A DNA stretch of 63,375 nt, counting the filler, from Neoconidiobolus thromboides FSU 785 (Eukaryota; Fungi; Entomophthoromycota): assembly GCA_025603075.1 (NCBI GenBank). It is 4 parts of 4 records of this genome, joined end to end, with 100 filler letters (N's around TTAATTAATTAA, not from the genome) between each part and the next. Parts side by side here need not be neighbours in the genome. Positions count along the whole stretch, not along the records: positions 1 to 17,356 come from MU626580.1; 3 more parts are not named here. One strand, 5' to 3'. The position numbers were made by a program, and so were the translations under genes. Of this stretch, positions 1 to 12,505 are shown in pieces; within the stretch, counting starts at the first letter, position 1, and the number at the start of each line of letters is the position of its first letter. Below the pieces are notes generated by a model. The model worked only from the letters and a program-made list of their open reading frames with translations. It did no database searches and was not told where the DNA came from.

Positions 1-410
1 GTATAAAAGAAATTGATGAAAGAATAGGGTGGAACTTATTTTGTAATACTTTAAATTTAAAATTAGATTTTCACTATTTGAAAACAAAAAGTACATTAGA
101 ATTATATTTTATATCAATATGTAAGGATTTGATTGCTGTAACAATTTTAAATGTTGTTGATCATTCTATTGATCCCTTTATTAATAATAATATTAAATTA
201 GTTGATAGAAAAATAGTTGAAATAGGTTTTAGTGATGATTGCTGTTTTGAATTTACCCCACAATTATTTAGGTTTAAAAACAAGGTTTTCCCAATTATTA
301 TATATCATCCACATTCGTATCTTGTTACTGACCCCATTGGAATAAACTTAAATAGTTATTTAGTATCATCATTGTCCCATATATGCTAATAAATAATAAA
401 TGACATTATA
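1..410 (+). repeat. Left arm of the contig-terminal inverted repeat
   Basis: Reverse complement of ~16948-17356. One substitution seen in the first ~360 bp, then divergence over the last ~50 bp. Confidence 0.95.
3..389 (+). CDS. 3' part of an unknown repeated gene, open from the contig edge (IKEIDERIGWNLFCNT...LSHIC*)
   Basis: The frame is open from base 3 to the stop at 387-389. A near-identical inverted copy lies at the other end of the contig. No family recognised. Confidence 0.45.
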   Translation: MKEIDERIGWNLFCNTLNLKLDFHYLKTKSTLELYFISICKDLIAVTILNVVDHSIDPFINNNIKLVDRKIVEIGFSDDCCFEFTPQLFRFKNKVFPIIIYHPHSYLVTDPIGINLNSYLVSSLSHIC

Positions 411-848
411 TTTCTTAAATTTTTACAAATTAAAATGATTTAACCTTTATTTTTAATATGGATGATAATATATATTAATAAAAATCAAACAAGTTAAAAA
501 GTATTTATGAGGAATTTTCTTAGGGATAAAAAAAGGGAAAATAAAAAATAAACTTCGTTATTCACTAACTCTTTTATCCATTTGTTAGTTATAATGAATA
601 AAGGATAGTGCGGATTATCGAAATTTATATTAATGTATCTTTTTTAATAGTAAAAGCTTAACATTTTTATTTCAAATATTTAATAACCTTGACAAGAGCC
701 GGGTCCGAAGATTTTTAACTTTAACATGCCGGTCTATATAAATATTAATAAAGCACTTTATAAAATGGCTCTTGTTTCCATATTCACCAATATGAATTCT
801 TTCGACTTTCTAACCTCTTTGTCATAATAACGATTTTCAAGTGATACT

Positions 849-955
849 ATATGGGGATGTATTTTTTGGCTTCATTATTTTTTCCATCCTTTAAGCGCTA
901 TTTGAGTGGAAAAATTATTAGTAAAGCTCTTAAACACAAAAATACATCCCCATAT
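849..955 (+). mobile_element. MITE (GGGGATG family), near-consensus copy
   Basis: ATAT-GGGGATGTATTTTT...AAAAATACATCCCC-ATAT; 99-bp body with core AAGCGCTATTTGAGTGGAAAA. Confidence 0.9.
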
Positions 956-1954
956 AGTCACTTAGATCTAGATTTGTTTTATATCACAATGGCAATCTAA
1001 GGGCTGTTAGTTTATTATTAGTGTTAATGGTAACTCCTTTACTGTTTCCCAATAGCACTTGAGGCTGAACCTGAGATCAAAGAAAGGGACAAAACAACTG
1101 CTATAAAATAAAATTTACAGTTTATAATATTGAATAAACTAAACTACAAAAATTTGTATTTAAAATGAATCTAAATTATAATTAGCCTCAAATTACTAAC
1201 TTATAATATGATTTTTTTAAAATAGTTTTTATTTCCCTACTAAGTTTATTTATTTTGAAAGCATTTAATGATTAGTTATTTAGCTATTTAGCTATAAGCT
1301 ATAAACTGCCTAAACATTAAATATTTATTTATAATATGCTTATGTATTAGTTGTTTACTCCTTTAGCCATTTAGCCATTTATTAGCTTTTAACTCTCAGT
1401 TGTGCAAGATGATACTGGGTATGATAGCCTTTTGTAGCTGCCAAATATTATTTAAACTATATTTACCATGAAAGTAAATGAACTATCGATTTAACATATT
1501 AATGGATAATTTATATCACAAAATAAACTGTACATTTCACTCAAAGTAATTTGAAATTTAAGAGTCAGTTTGCAACCCTTTAATTTTTCTGCCTTTAATA
1601 TCATTCCTTATACGTAATAGTTTTATAATAATACATATTGGTAACTGAGTAATTGAATGACCTATCATTATTTTCTACTTATATCATAATAAAGTAAGGT
1701 CATAATGCTGTTATACTAAAAAAATTTGAACCTTTGATGAGCAATCAAATTTTTGACATGAAATGGAAATTATTAATAAATAAATCAAAGCAAAAAATCT
1801 TTTCCCTAACCTTAATATCAGCACTAAAACCCATACTAAATCATAACTCTTAAGTATAGTTTGCTATAGTGTTTTGACTTAAACTACTATAAATTATTTT
1901 TAGCTTTGTAAAAAATACTCAATAATTTAACGTAAAGTGTCATATAAGGGAATG

Positions 1955-2035
1955 GGTTATTATTGTGGCTAAGAGTGCTTAACCATCACATGCCCTTACT
2001 AAAAGCCGAGGATTTGATTCCTCAAGTAGGCCTCG
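1955..2035 (+). pseudogene. Possible degenerate tRNA-like relic
   Basis: A-box-like GTGGCTAAGAGTG and T-arm-like CGAGG-ATTTGATT-CCTCA; no credible anticodon arm. Confidence 0.25.
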
Positions 2036-2485
2036 TTCTAAAAATATAAAAAACACGACTTTGTATTTGCTCATGTAATTTGTGAAAACTGACATGAGTT
2101 TCATCAATGTACTATTTTGATACCACTTTCAACTTTATACAGTTTATTACGAAAAAAACTGCCACGTAATTTAAACACCCAAGTACTATTTTGTCAAATT
2201 TTGAAATAAATTTTGATAAAATATTGTTTTATAAGATGTTTATTTGATGATATTCATAATTGCTATCACAACCTGATTATAGTTTCATTTTTTAAAAATT
2301 CTGAGAAATGCAGGTTATTTGATAAAGTTTTAAAAAAAAATCAATATTAAAGCTAGTATTTCCATTTACTTCGAAAGAAATATAGCCAATAGAAAATGAA
2401 AGAATAGTAATAATTTGCTATTTTTAATTTAATTCCAAATAGATAAAATGTCCACATGATAAAAAAATTGAACTTTTTTAATTTG

Positions 2486-2545
2486 AACATCACTTTTTAT
2501 TTGTTGTATTAATAAATAAACATCACTTTTTATTTGTTGTATCTG
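2486..2545. repeat. Short tandem duplication (CATCACTTTTTATTTGTTGTAT x2)
   Basis: Two direct copies ~33 bp apart. Confidence 0.8.
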
Positions 2546-4957
2546 TTTCTTGGTTTATTTATTTCTTTGGCCTATTTATTTATACATATATAACTATATA
2601 TACTATAGTTTATTATACTTTTATTTGCTTATAGTTATTTTTATCAAATCATCTCATTAGTACAAAAATATTTTTAAAATTGTGATTGTGAAGTCATCAT
2701 AGAACACTAATAAAAAGTTGCTATTCATCTAATATGGTAGCTAAATATCAGCGATATATGTATGTCGAAATTTAGAAAATTTTACTATTGGATTGTAGAT
2801 TTGAAAATGAAACAAATAGGTAATTCTTTCATTTAACTTTCTCTCAAAACTTTATAATAATTTTAAAAACTTGTAATTAAATTTAATTGTAAATTTTGAT
2901 TGTGAGAGTATAAATTATGAGTTACTAGAAATTCAGGGATAAAATGATTTTCAAGCCTATTTTTTGAGTTTTCACTTTGGTTTATCAAAGATTTTTCTAT
3001 ATACGGCAAACTGCGTTCAGCTTTATACTGAACCCAAACATAGTAATGTTAAATGATAATTTGAATGGTTATCAAAATTAACTACATAATTTATTTAAAC
3101 ACCTTCAATGATAGTAAACTTCTAGTAGGTATACTCTAATAGCACGTGAATTAGGATATCAACTTAGAATAATAGTATGTAAAATATCGTTTATTAATTA
3201 GATAGTGGACATCATGTATATTTATTATAGTCAAACATAATCAGCACAATAAAACTTCCATTATTCAATTTATTTTCTGATTTGGTTATCACAATATAAA
3301 AATATATATATGAAATCAAAACAATCACTAAGTAAATAAGTTAAAATAGGGTTATGAGCTTTACAGTTTTACTTTTAAGTAAAAGAAATGTTAAGTATCT
3401 ATCTAAAATTTTAAACATTTATCTATTATATTTAGTGTGTATGATGTTTTATTTCGTGACTAGCACATGTATTTTTTAACTGATGCTTATCAAGTCTGGA
3501 CTCGATGCTTTTATAATACTTAGTATAATCAAATATAATAAATAGTTTTGTAATGATTTTACTCCTTTAAAACCTGTTTGTCAACGCCTGAATGAAGGCT
3601 GAAAAGTAAGCTTTATAAAAAAATTTAAATATAGAATGCAATACAAAATCAAAGAGTGTGATATAAAGGAGTGAAACCCAAATACAAAGTAAACAGCATT
3701 ATATTCCTTTAAATAAAAAATGGACTTTAATGACTGATATAATGACCGATACGATGATATTGAAAAGTAGTCCACTATTATGTAGAAAAAACAATTCAAC
3801 TGTCTGATTTATCATGTTATTACCAAGGTTAAAAATATTTAAATATTTAAACAGGTTTGAATTTTAGAACAAATTGAAAAAAAAGTTATTTGTTTTGTAT
3901 TATATTTGGATATTAGAGCTATTTTCTATGTATGATATAGTTGAAACATGTTTTTTATTGTTAAACAATGAATAAAACTGGTTGATTAATTTCCTTCTTT
4001 TAAAACTGAAAAACTTGTTATAAGCTTTGATTAAGATAATTAACTAAACAGTCACATAGAATGAGTCTAGTACTTTTCCGCATGCTATTATTAAATATTT
4101 TTTAATAATCATCATCCTACAACATTTATTATATGTAGTTATATCAACTAAATATATATATACCTAGCAATTGCTTTTATCAATAAAAAGCTAGCCTTCT
4201 AATATTTAAGCTTGAATAATAACGATGGTACTTAAATATTTCGATATATTTTAATTTTTATGTTATAGCTCCATTTTAGTTGTAGCCGTGCTTTATACAA
4301 TTAAGGAATTTTAACCAATATATATATAAACCTGTTTACATTTATATCACTGTATTTGATTTTATTGAAATAGGATATAAAGAAAAAAGATAAGCTTATA
4401 AAGAATAACTTTCATGAACTGTTATTCCCAGTACTATTTTGGTAGATGTCCTATTAATAAAACGATAGCAACAGTTTTAGATAATCACAATAGGGTAGTT
4501 GGATGGTACTTTATATTTAAAATTTTCTGCCTATTATAAGCCTAAATAATTATGGTGTCTTATTTTATTTTATTTATTCAATAAATTTTAAAATGTACGC
4601 AAATTGGGAAGACTCAAATTATGAATTTTCAATAGCTTTATGGGTATTTCATTATGCATATTAAGATAATAGATACTTCTATCTTGGGATCTAAATGATA
4701 TATATATAAGTTAATAATAGTGGTTTAGTTATGAAATTTTATGTTAGTTTATATGTAAAAGCTAAATAAATAAGGCCATTCAATTAGTTAACAAACATTA
4801 AGTTTATTTAAAAATATACCAGTATAGATAAAAAAATGACAAGCCTCATGCTTATGCTTATAAAATCCTCATAAAGATCTAAAGTTTGAGGCATTATGAA
4901 AAAGATGAATTAGATGATTTCAATAGAGAGTAATCTTCTTGCTGAAGATTATATTAA

Positions 4958-5548
4958 CTAAAATGGAGTAAGAGTAAAGTTTGAAAAAGATGGTTGGACC
5001 TTGATCGTTGGCTCAATTGGGTGAAAGTTATTAAAGCAGTTAATAGCAGTAGATGAAAACTTTATGTCTTTCACTGGGTAATGAGTACCTAATAAACCTA
5101 ATGATCTGAGCGGTGGTAGAAGCAAAGATCCAGTTTCATGGTTAGAGGCCCTTCTTTCTATAAACTTGGGGCTCCTAACAGTAGGTGTATGGGTAGATGA
5201 AGAGGCTTGAAACGCAGATGGCAGCGTTAGATTGAAAGTATTCCTTCTTATTCTGTTTTTTTTTCCGCTTCTTTTTGGCACGTATTTGTATCCTGGATAC
5301 AGAGATGAATGGATGACCTTTTCCTGTTCTGCTTTTTGCTTGTAAAGCTCTTTGACATCGTCTGGCTCATTCTTCCACATATCTCCTATTATTACGCTAA
5401 TATTCTGATTGTTTTCACCTGGCATAGTCATTTGGAGCTCTTGCTGTTTTTCCCTTCTGTAGACGAAGAAGCAGTTCATAGGACGTGGTACTTTTCCTTG
5501 AACGCTATTCTGATGTGCACTACCGTTTGTATCTTCTTGTAGTTCCAT
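4958..5548 (-). CDS. Single-exon MATA_HMG-type (sequence-specific) HMG-box transcription factor, 196 aa; SexM/SexP/Ste11-like
   Basis: Motif KVPRPMNCFFVYRREKQ...NQNISVIIGDMWKNEPDDVKELYKQKAEQEKVIHSSLYPGYKYVPKR followed by a basic tail. First ATG at 5548; the ORF track starts at an upstream TTG. Confidence 0.9.
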   Translation of the reverse strand: MELQEDTNGSAHQNSVQGKVPRPMNCFFVYRREKQQELQMTMPGENNQNISVIIGDMWKNEPDDVKELYKQKAEQEKVIHSSLYPGYKYVPKRSGKKNRIRRNTFNLTLPSAFQASSSTHTPTVRSPKFIERRASNHETGSLLLPPLRSLGLLGTHYPVKDIKFSSTAINCFNNFHPIEPTIKVQPSFSNFTLTPF

Positions 5549-7189
5549 GAGAGCGGCCAAAATTACAATAGTTTAAAGTTTCAATATTTGAATTTTACTT
5601 TAAGATGTAAATTTCAAAAGCGGTGCATTCCGCTCTTTAAATAGTTGTAGTTTGTCCAGTTCGAATGTCTCCTAATTAGGAAGCTAATAAATTATCCTTA
5701 AGAAATTTTATTTAAAAGCCACCTGATGCTAGTATCAAATCTTAACTTTATTTGCAAATTCTACCAAACTCTAAATTAAAAAGTTATTAACCTACTTCAA
5801 GCGTAGATCCAAACATTTGTATATGATATTAGAGCTTTAAGTTATACGAGCGATACTAATTCTTTATTAAACAAGATAACTAGAACTTTTTTGTATTAAA
5901 TTTAAATGGAAAAGTTAATAATAGAGAATAAAAGCATTTATTTGAAAGTATACAACCTGTTTAGTTTTTGGAATTTTTTATGAATATTATATTCTTTTCC
6001 AAATTACCCCATATATAATTTAGCTTTCATATATCTTAATTAAGTGCCACTTTGTTTCGTGACTCACATACTCATAATGCTTTATTTTTAGAACTTAACT
6101 AAAACTTTCTTTTTTCTTTTATTTACGTTATAAATGTCATTCAATCTTTTAAAATAGATAATATAAAGTAAGATTGCTAAATAATACGTAATGAAGATAC
6201 TTGAAATGATTTATGTTTATTAACTTTAAAATATTATAAGAACCAAATCGTAAGACGGTGAAAATAAGAATAGTGAATTATTCCAAAATAGAAGTATAAT
6301 TACATTTTATATTACAATAGCCTATCCACTTACAATTAAGTATTGTAATAAAATACTATAAATAGGAATTTATTTGGTAAACATTTTTATATTGGAATTC
6401 ATTTAAAGACCATTTTAAAATGGGTGATGGATTTTATCAGAGCACTGGATAATAGTTTGTACTTTATATAATTTATAGCGAATAAGATATTCAAAAATTG
6501 ATACTATATACCCATATTACCGCTTCTTCCTATAGCTTTTACTTTATATTACTAATGCGGTGCCTTTTTTTGTTTGTTTTGAATGCTCATCTTCATTTAA
6601 CTCACCTTTTTATTGACTAATAATTATAAATTACTTATCAATTATAAAGATTTAAGTAGCTAATTCTTCAAAAAGAAGTGGCGGATACCTATTTAGTAAA
6701 TTTTACAACACCATAATTTCTCAGGATAAACTATAAAGGAACATACTAATGTTTTTCCACTTATCTATTAATACTTAAATTTATATTTATGCTAAATTTA
6801 TTGTGATTATCTTATATTTATTTTGTGAAGATTTAATAAGTTAAAGTCCAACCTATATAATAAACTTGTCGATTTGATTATATGACAGTTCATAGTTTTG
6901 AATTTTAGACAAGTTAAAAATTATGTATATTTAAATATTAAATTACGTGCTATTAATATTTTATACCAATATAACTCTTTAGAGAAGGAACATTTATAGC
7001 ATTGTCTAAAATTTGGTTGTTTATTTATTACTATCAGCTGTCTTAGATAAATAATCATTTATGTTATTTTTTGATATAGCTCAAATACCAATTTTCTTTA
7101 ACTGCAAATCTTCAATATTATCCACCAAACGATATAGCAGTCTATTAAATGAAAACACTACTAATCAATCCTTTAATTATAGTATAGTA

Positions 7190-7295
7190 ATATGAGGATA
7201 TTTTTTTGGTTTCATTACTTTTTCCATTCTTTTGAGTGCTATTTGAGCGGAAAATTTATTAGCAAAATTCCTAAATAAAAAACATATCTCCATTT
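7190..7295 (+). mobile_element. MITE copy
   Basis: ATAT-GAGGATATTTTT...CATATCTCC-ATTT with conserved core. Confidence 0.85.
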
Positions 7296-8053
7296 AACAA
7301 CTGATGCTCAATAAAATCAAAGCTATTAAGGTTAAGATGAAAACTAATAAAAGTATGATAATTTACAATGTTAGTAATTTATTCAATGCAATTTTATGAA
7401 TATTGTCCAAATACAATGTTACTTTTTTAAATTTAATTCTAAAATGCTATTGAACGCTATTGACAGCACAAGTAAAAATCTTCACTAAGCTTTTATGAAC
7501 AGTTGTGTTAAAATAGCATCAAGGTATCCTTACTTTTTTAGTAAAAAGTTTTATAAACAAAGATTCAGCGAGTTATTATTTTCAAATAAAGTAAATACAA
7601 AAGTACAAGAAATAAAATACAATGACTATTTGAAAATTAAGAAATACATTCTAACTTAATAAAGGTTTTTGTCTCCTATTTGAAGTTTTTGAAAATTAAT
7701 TCAATTAAGTAATTTTTGGAATTTTCAAAATATTTAATATCTCACTTATTATAAAACCTTGGGGCTGGGCCCATTTACCTACTTGTCCAAAATCCAGTTA
7801 TTTAAAAAAATAGATAAATAAATACAAAATACATTGATTTTATTGTACCATACACCTAAGGTTTGGAATAGGGACCTTTCTTTGGTTTCTGATGACATCG
7901 ATGACTTTAATTATCAAACCAGGCGGAGCTTTGTATCATGAAGAAATGTCAATGTGACACTAGCTTCTCAAAGGAGCTTATAACGAATAGCGATATTATC
8001 TAGCCATGGATTAATGGATCGCAATGGGAGATAGATAACTAAATTAAGGAAAC

Positions 8054-8135
8054 AGATGGACTTTTTTTCTAACTTCCCTTTTCAGATATTTTAAGTGCTA
8101 GTAAAATTTTTGAACACAAAATACATTTCCCTATA
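8054..8135 (+). mobile_element. MITE copy, internally deleted/degenerate
   Basis: TTAAGTGCTAGTAAAATTTTTGAACACAAAATACATTTCCC matches the right half of the family. Confidence 0.55.
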
Positions 8136-10457
8136 ATATAGGCCTTTAGTATAAATAATTAGAATTTTAATGTAAAATAAAAAACAAAATGATAGAAGAG
8201 AGCATCTTTAAGCATTTACTAGAAACATCAATCCTTACCGTTCTTGTAACAATCCTCTTTATATTCATATCTACACTTAAAGAAGTAAGAGCTTTGAGGT
8301 GCTCAGGAAGAACATTTCTACTCGATTAAAAAAAAACAAAGCAAGTAGATAAACCTTTCTTTATTTCATTCCTTACTTTAAACCATCACTACAAATTTTA
8401 TGTAACTTGTCAAGATACTAAAAGGCTATATAATCGTATAAATATTTTAAAACAATAACTCAATCTAAAAGCATCGTAACTTGTATAGGAGAGAAATTTG
8501 AAAATCGTATAGCGTGTACTTGCTCCTTTAATTAAATTTAAATGAACATGAGTGTTTTAGAACAGTATGTATATTCTGAAACGTTCATTTAATTCAGAGT
8601 AAAATATTGTTATACAAGGCTAACATTAAAATGAACTTATTAATAAATTTTACAATTTAGATAAATCAAGAGCACCTCAATTATAATTCGTCTAAACAAA
8701 TTTGTTCATTTTTATATTATATTTCTATTATACATCTATTTTATTTATTTATTCAAGCTCTATTTAAATGAAAACATGAAAACAGACAAAATTTACCAAA
8801 TAAGAATAAATATAAATAAGTAGATTTAAATAGAAATATAGATAAATTAGTCAGTATCTGTCTGATCTTTCAAAGTTATTCTTTTTAAGAAAGCTATTAG
8901 GGTGTTTTAAGAATCCTTATTGCATTAAATAAAGTTTTTTATAGCTGTCGCAGTTCTTTTTCAGCTTACTTGACTACATATTTAAGGGAAAAAAGTCAAG
9001 TTGAAATTCTATTAAAAAATGAGGGTCAGTCTTAAAGAAATGGCTATTAAGTACCTAATTGTAAAAATTATCGCTAAAAAAAAAGTCTCAAGAAAGTTGC
9101 AAGAACTATAAAGCATGTTAAGTCATGTTCCATGAATAAATTCGAGTATAAATCCATTTAGGTTAGATTTTTATAGTTCGATAAAAAAGGCAACATAAGA
9201 TAAAGCATTTAGTATTAAAAGTTCTAAATATGTAATAAATTAAAAATAATCCATTTGTTTTTATGGGGTGTTTAAAACCGTATTGTGATTATAAAAATAA
9301 AAGCTTATATTATGAACAAAAGTAATTATAATCATCAATTTTTTCTGTACTACTACGGAAATTTTGTATGCTATGAGTTATTTTACTTGGCATTGACTTT
9401 ACTGAATAAAGTTCAATGTACTCATCCTTCATTGTTGACTTTTCTACTCATATTATTTTAAAAGTAAAAATTAAAAACATTTTAAAAAGATGAAAAGGTG
9501 GCTAACTGATAAAGAATAGTGAAGGTAGACTATTGTTGTACTTATAACATTTGTCTTGTTACTTTTTTCTTTACCCTATTTGCTAATAGACCACTTAAGA
9601 ATTAATTGTTTTTTCAAGAATATACAAACAAGATATAAAAGGCAAAACAAAAAATATAATGGTTGCTTATGATTAATAAAAACTTTATTTTTTAATCATT
9701 CGCTTATTTATTACTACTTTTTTTGTGTAAATTCATTTTTAATTAGAATTAGTATTATCGCTAAAAATAGTAGATTTCTACAGTTTTCAACTTTACTCAT
9801 GAAAGTGATATTGAATTAGAATAAGTAAAGTACTAATCAGTTAAGTATAGTAAAACCCTTGTTAAAATATAATATTTGTTAAAAAGAGATGATAGCTAAG
9901 GGCTTTAGCTCTTGGTTTTTGTATTCTATAATTTTGATCAAAAAGCAATTATAAGTTTTAAGATATTATGGTCCTTAAAACTTATTAAATCCAGCCTTGT
10001 TTCAAGTAACAGTTTTTTCACAATTCATGAAGGTGTGATTAGTAATTTGTACAAACGTAATAAAGAAAGTTTACATCGACTTACTATATAGAAGTTAGAA
10101 AACTTCCTCCTACATAATTTATTCTCAATCTTATAAAGATTTCATCAATTAAAATTTAATGATTAGGCGAATTGCTATATCTTTATGAATATTTCTTTAC
10201 ATATTATATATAAGTGAATAAAGATTACCTTGTTCTTTATATTATTTATCATATTCTAGACAAAGTATATTTTGTGGCATTCTATTTCTATATATTCACA
10301 TAAATTTTTGTATTTATATTGAAAGTTTGATATTTTCCCGCCTTTAATATAATATCCGAAGCTTACAATGTTTATGATATTTATATATGTTAAGAATTAT
10401 AAAGTACAAAAAATATTTACTATAGATCACAAGCATTTATGAAGATCTATTAAGTAG

Positions 10458-10564
10458 ACATGAGTATGTTTTTTTTTGATTTCATCACTTTTTCCGTTTT
10501 TAAGCGCTATTTGAACAGAAAGGTTGTTAGTGAAATTCTTAAGTAAAAAAACACATCTCCATAT
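10458..10564 (+). mobile_element. MITE copy
   Basis: GAGTATGTTTTT...TAAGCGCTATTTGAAC...CATCTCC-ATAT. Confidence 0.85.
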
Positions 10565-10789
10565 CCATACAAAAACAAACACAAAACTCAGCGAGAATAA
10601 TCCGGGTTACCCTTAACTTTTAATCTGGTTTACTAAAAACTAAAGTTGATCCCATTGGAAGTTGGCTAGATTAGTATGCTCTTTTTAAAAAAGGCTATGT
10701 ATATTACATGATCAACACTAGTAACAAAATTACTTATATTCCTATTCAAATTGTCATATATGATTTAATTGATAATAGCGTTGAAAAGC

Positions 10790-10900
10790 ATCATATTTAC
10801 ATAGTATAGGTTTGAAGACGTGAGTCACTATGGACACATAATCATTTGCTTAATTGTTGACGATTTTTTGATAGCTGCTAGTAATTGGGCAAATGGTTAG
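10790..10900 (+). mobile_element. Possible Ty1/copia reverse-transcriptase relic
   Basis: Translation HIIICLIVDDFLIAASN resembles the copia RT YVDD motif context; flanked by stops, and no other RT motifs were found. Confidence 0.25.
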
Positions 10901-11229
10901 TGCACTCATGGTGGCTCATATCCAAATCTATGTTGGATGCCCTTAATTCGCAGTTAATAACAATGTTTGGTTAAATCGATCTCAATTACAAAAATTATTA
11001 TTAAGACATATATAAAATAACCATGAAAATTATATATCTATTCATTTATTGAATATTCTAAAACTAAACTTTGAACAGTTTTTATTAGTATAGATAGATT
11101 ATTAAAAATGTTTGTTTATTACAGTATGACTACTGTAAATTAACATAGGATCAATATAAAATTCGCAAGTTTGAAGTTTTTAGCAAGAAATTAGTCAGCT
11201 TTAGGGTACATCTAGGTACCCCTTTTTAC

Positions 11230-11325
11230 ATATGGGACTGTTTTTTTAGTTTCATTATTTTTTCATTTTTTAAGCGCTATTTGAGTAGAAAGATTGTAGT
11301 AAAATTAAAAAAAACATTCACATAT
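11230..11325 (+). mobile_element. MITE copy
   Basis: ATAT-GGGACTG...TAAGCGCTATTTGAGTAG...CATTCAC-ATAT. Confidence 0.85.
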
Positions 11326-11426
11326 GTCAATAATTTTTGATGCTTTATAATATTTCTAAAACTATACTCTTTTGTAGTTCTGTCATAACATAGTTCACTG
11401 TTTGTTTGAAATAAAATTAACCTGAA

Positions 11427-11532
11427 ATAAGGGGATGGATTTTTATGTTTAAGAATTTTACCAACAATTTTTCTACTCAAATAGTGCTCAAAAGATGGAA
11501 AAAGTAATGAAGCCAAAAAAACATCCCCGTAA
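11427..11532 (-). mobile_element. MITE copy
   Basis: ATAA-GGGGATGG...CATCCCC-GTAA; core in reverse orientation. Confidence 0.85.
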
Positions 11533-11745
11533 GGTTAAAATCAGACTAAGTTTAAAGATTAAGCTTTAAAAAATCAGATGAGCAAATAAGTGACTAATAT
11601 CACTGCATCCCAGATCGCAATAAAGCTGCAATAACTGTATGTGTGAGTTCAGAACTAGGTTAAAATTCGAAATAATTTTCCTCAGTTTTGAATTAACTCT
11701 AAACTTATAAAAACAATGTTAAATGAAAAATAAAAAAGATAAAGC

Positions 11746-11852
11746 ATATGGGGATATATTTTTGTGTTTAAGAATTTTACTAACAACTTTTCCGCTTAAA
11801 TAGCGCTTAAAAATGGAAAAAATAATGAAGTCAAAAAAAACACTCCCATATA
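11746..11852 (-). mobile_element. MITE copy
   Basis: ATAT-GGGGATATATTTTT...CACTCCC-ATAT. Confidence 0.9.
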
Positions 11853-12012
11853 TTTGTTTATTGTTTCTCTTTGTTTTTTTAAATTTTAAAGTATATAAAG
11901 TCATTCAATTTATCAATAGAAACAAAAATCCCCTTTATTTTCTTAGTATTCATGTTTACTTTGGAGTAAATTTCAACCGGAAAAAGGTTGAACCTTGGAC
12001 TTAAATTTAGCC

Positions 12013-12112
12013 ATATGGAGGATATATTTTTAGTCAATAGTTTCTAACTTTTCTGCTCAAACAGTCCTTAAAAAATAGAGAAAGTAATGAAACCAAAAAA
12101 ACATCTCTATGT
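12013..12112 (-). mobile_element. MITE copy
   Basis: ATAT-GGAGGAT...CATCTCT-ATGT. Confidence 0.75.
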
Positions 12113-12505
12113 ATAAAAATACTATTTAGATACTTTAAGATTTTTTATTAGTTTTTATGTTTATATGCTTATATTTCTTTTGGTAACAACTAGTTAAAAA
12201 TCACCATAAAAAGCATTTGGGATATAAATTTTATATGTACTTTTGATATTTTTGTTACTTTTAGAATTATTTCGAAAAAGCATATAAATATTATTTATTA
12301 TTTAAGATACTATAGTCTAAATCTATTTTCCGTATTATCGATTCAATAACATTGTTAGATATTCAGTATGATTAAAAAAATTTAGTGTAATACTACTATA
12401 TTACTAAAGCTCATTAATAACTCTATTAAATCTATATAAAGTATTTTAAAAACTTTTTTTAGAAAATGCATGTCTAGATTGGGGAAATATAAAATCAATA
12501 TTATT

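Noticed and set aside
1985-2010. GCCCTTACTAAAAG resembling the U5 snRNA loop
   Set aside because: The invariant loop is mismatched and there is no enclosing stem.
5309-5542. Antisense ORFs over real genes (also 21031-21216, 29044-29310, 33196-33393, 34013-34336, 58396-58638, 17528-17752, 36224-36448, 28731-28973)
   Set aside because: They are shadows of coding sequence on the opposite strand.
4958-5548. Calling the HMG gene sexM/sexP outright
   Set aside because: The motif cannot separate MAT HMG proteins from other MATA_HMG factors without a phylogeny, and the Mucorales flanking genes are absent.
11277-11516. Short ORFs overlapping MITEs (also 11719-11904, 11813-12004, 16341-16628, 18274-18492, 43485-43700, 52578-52760)
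   Set aside because: Their shared peptides (ASLLFPSF..YLS.K...KILKHKN) are just translations of the MITE.
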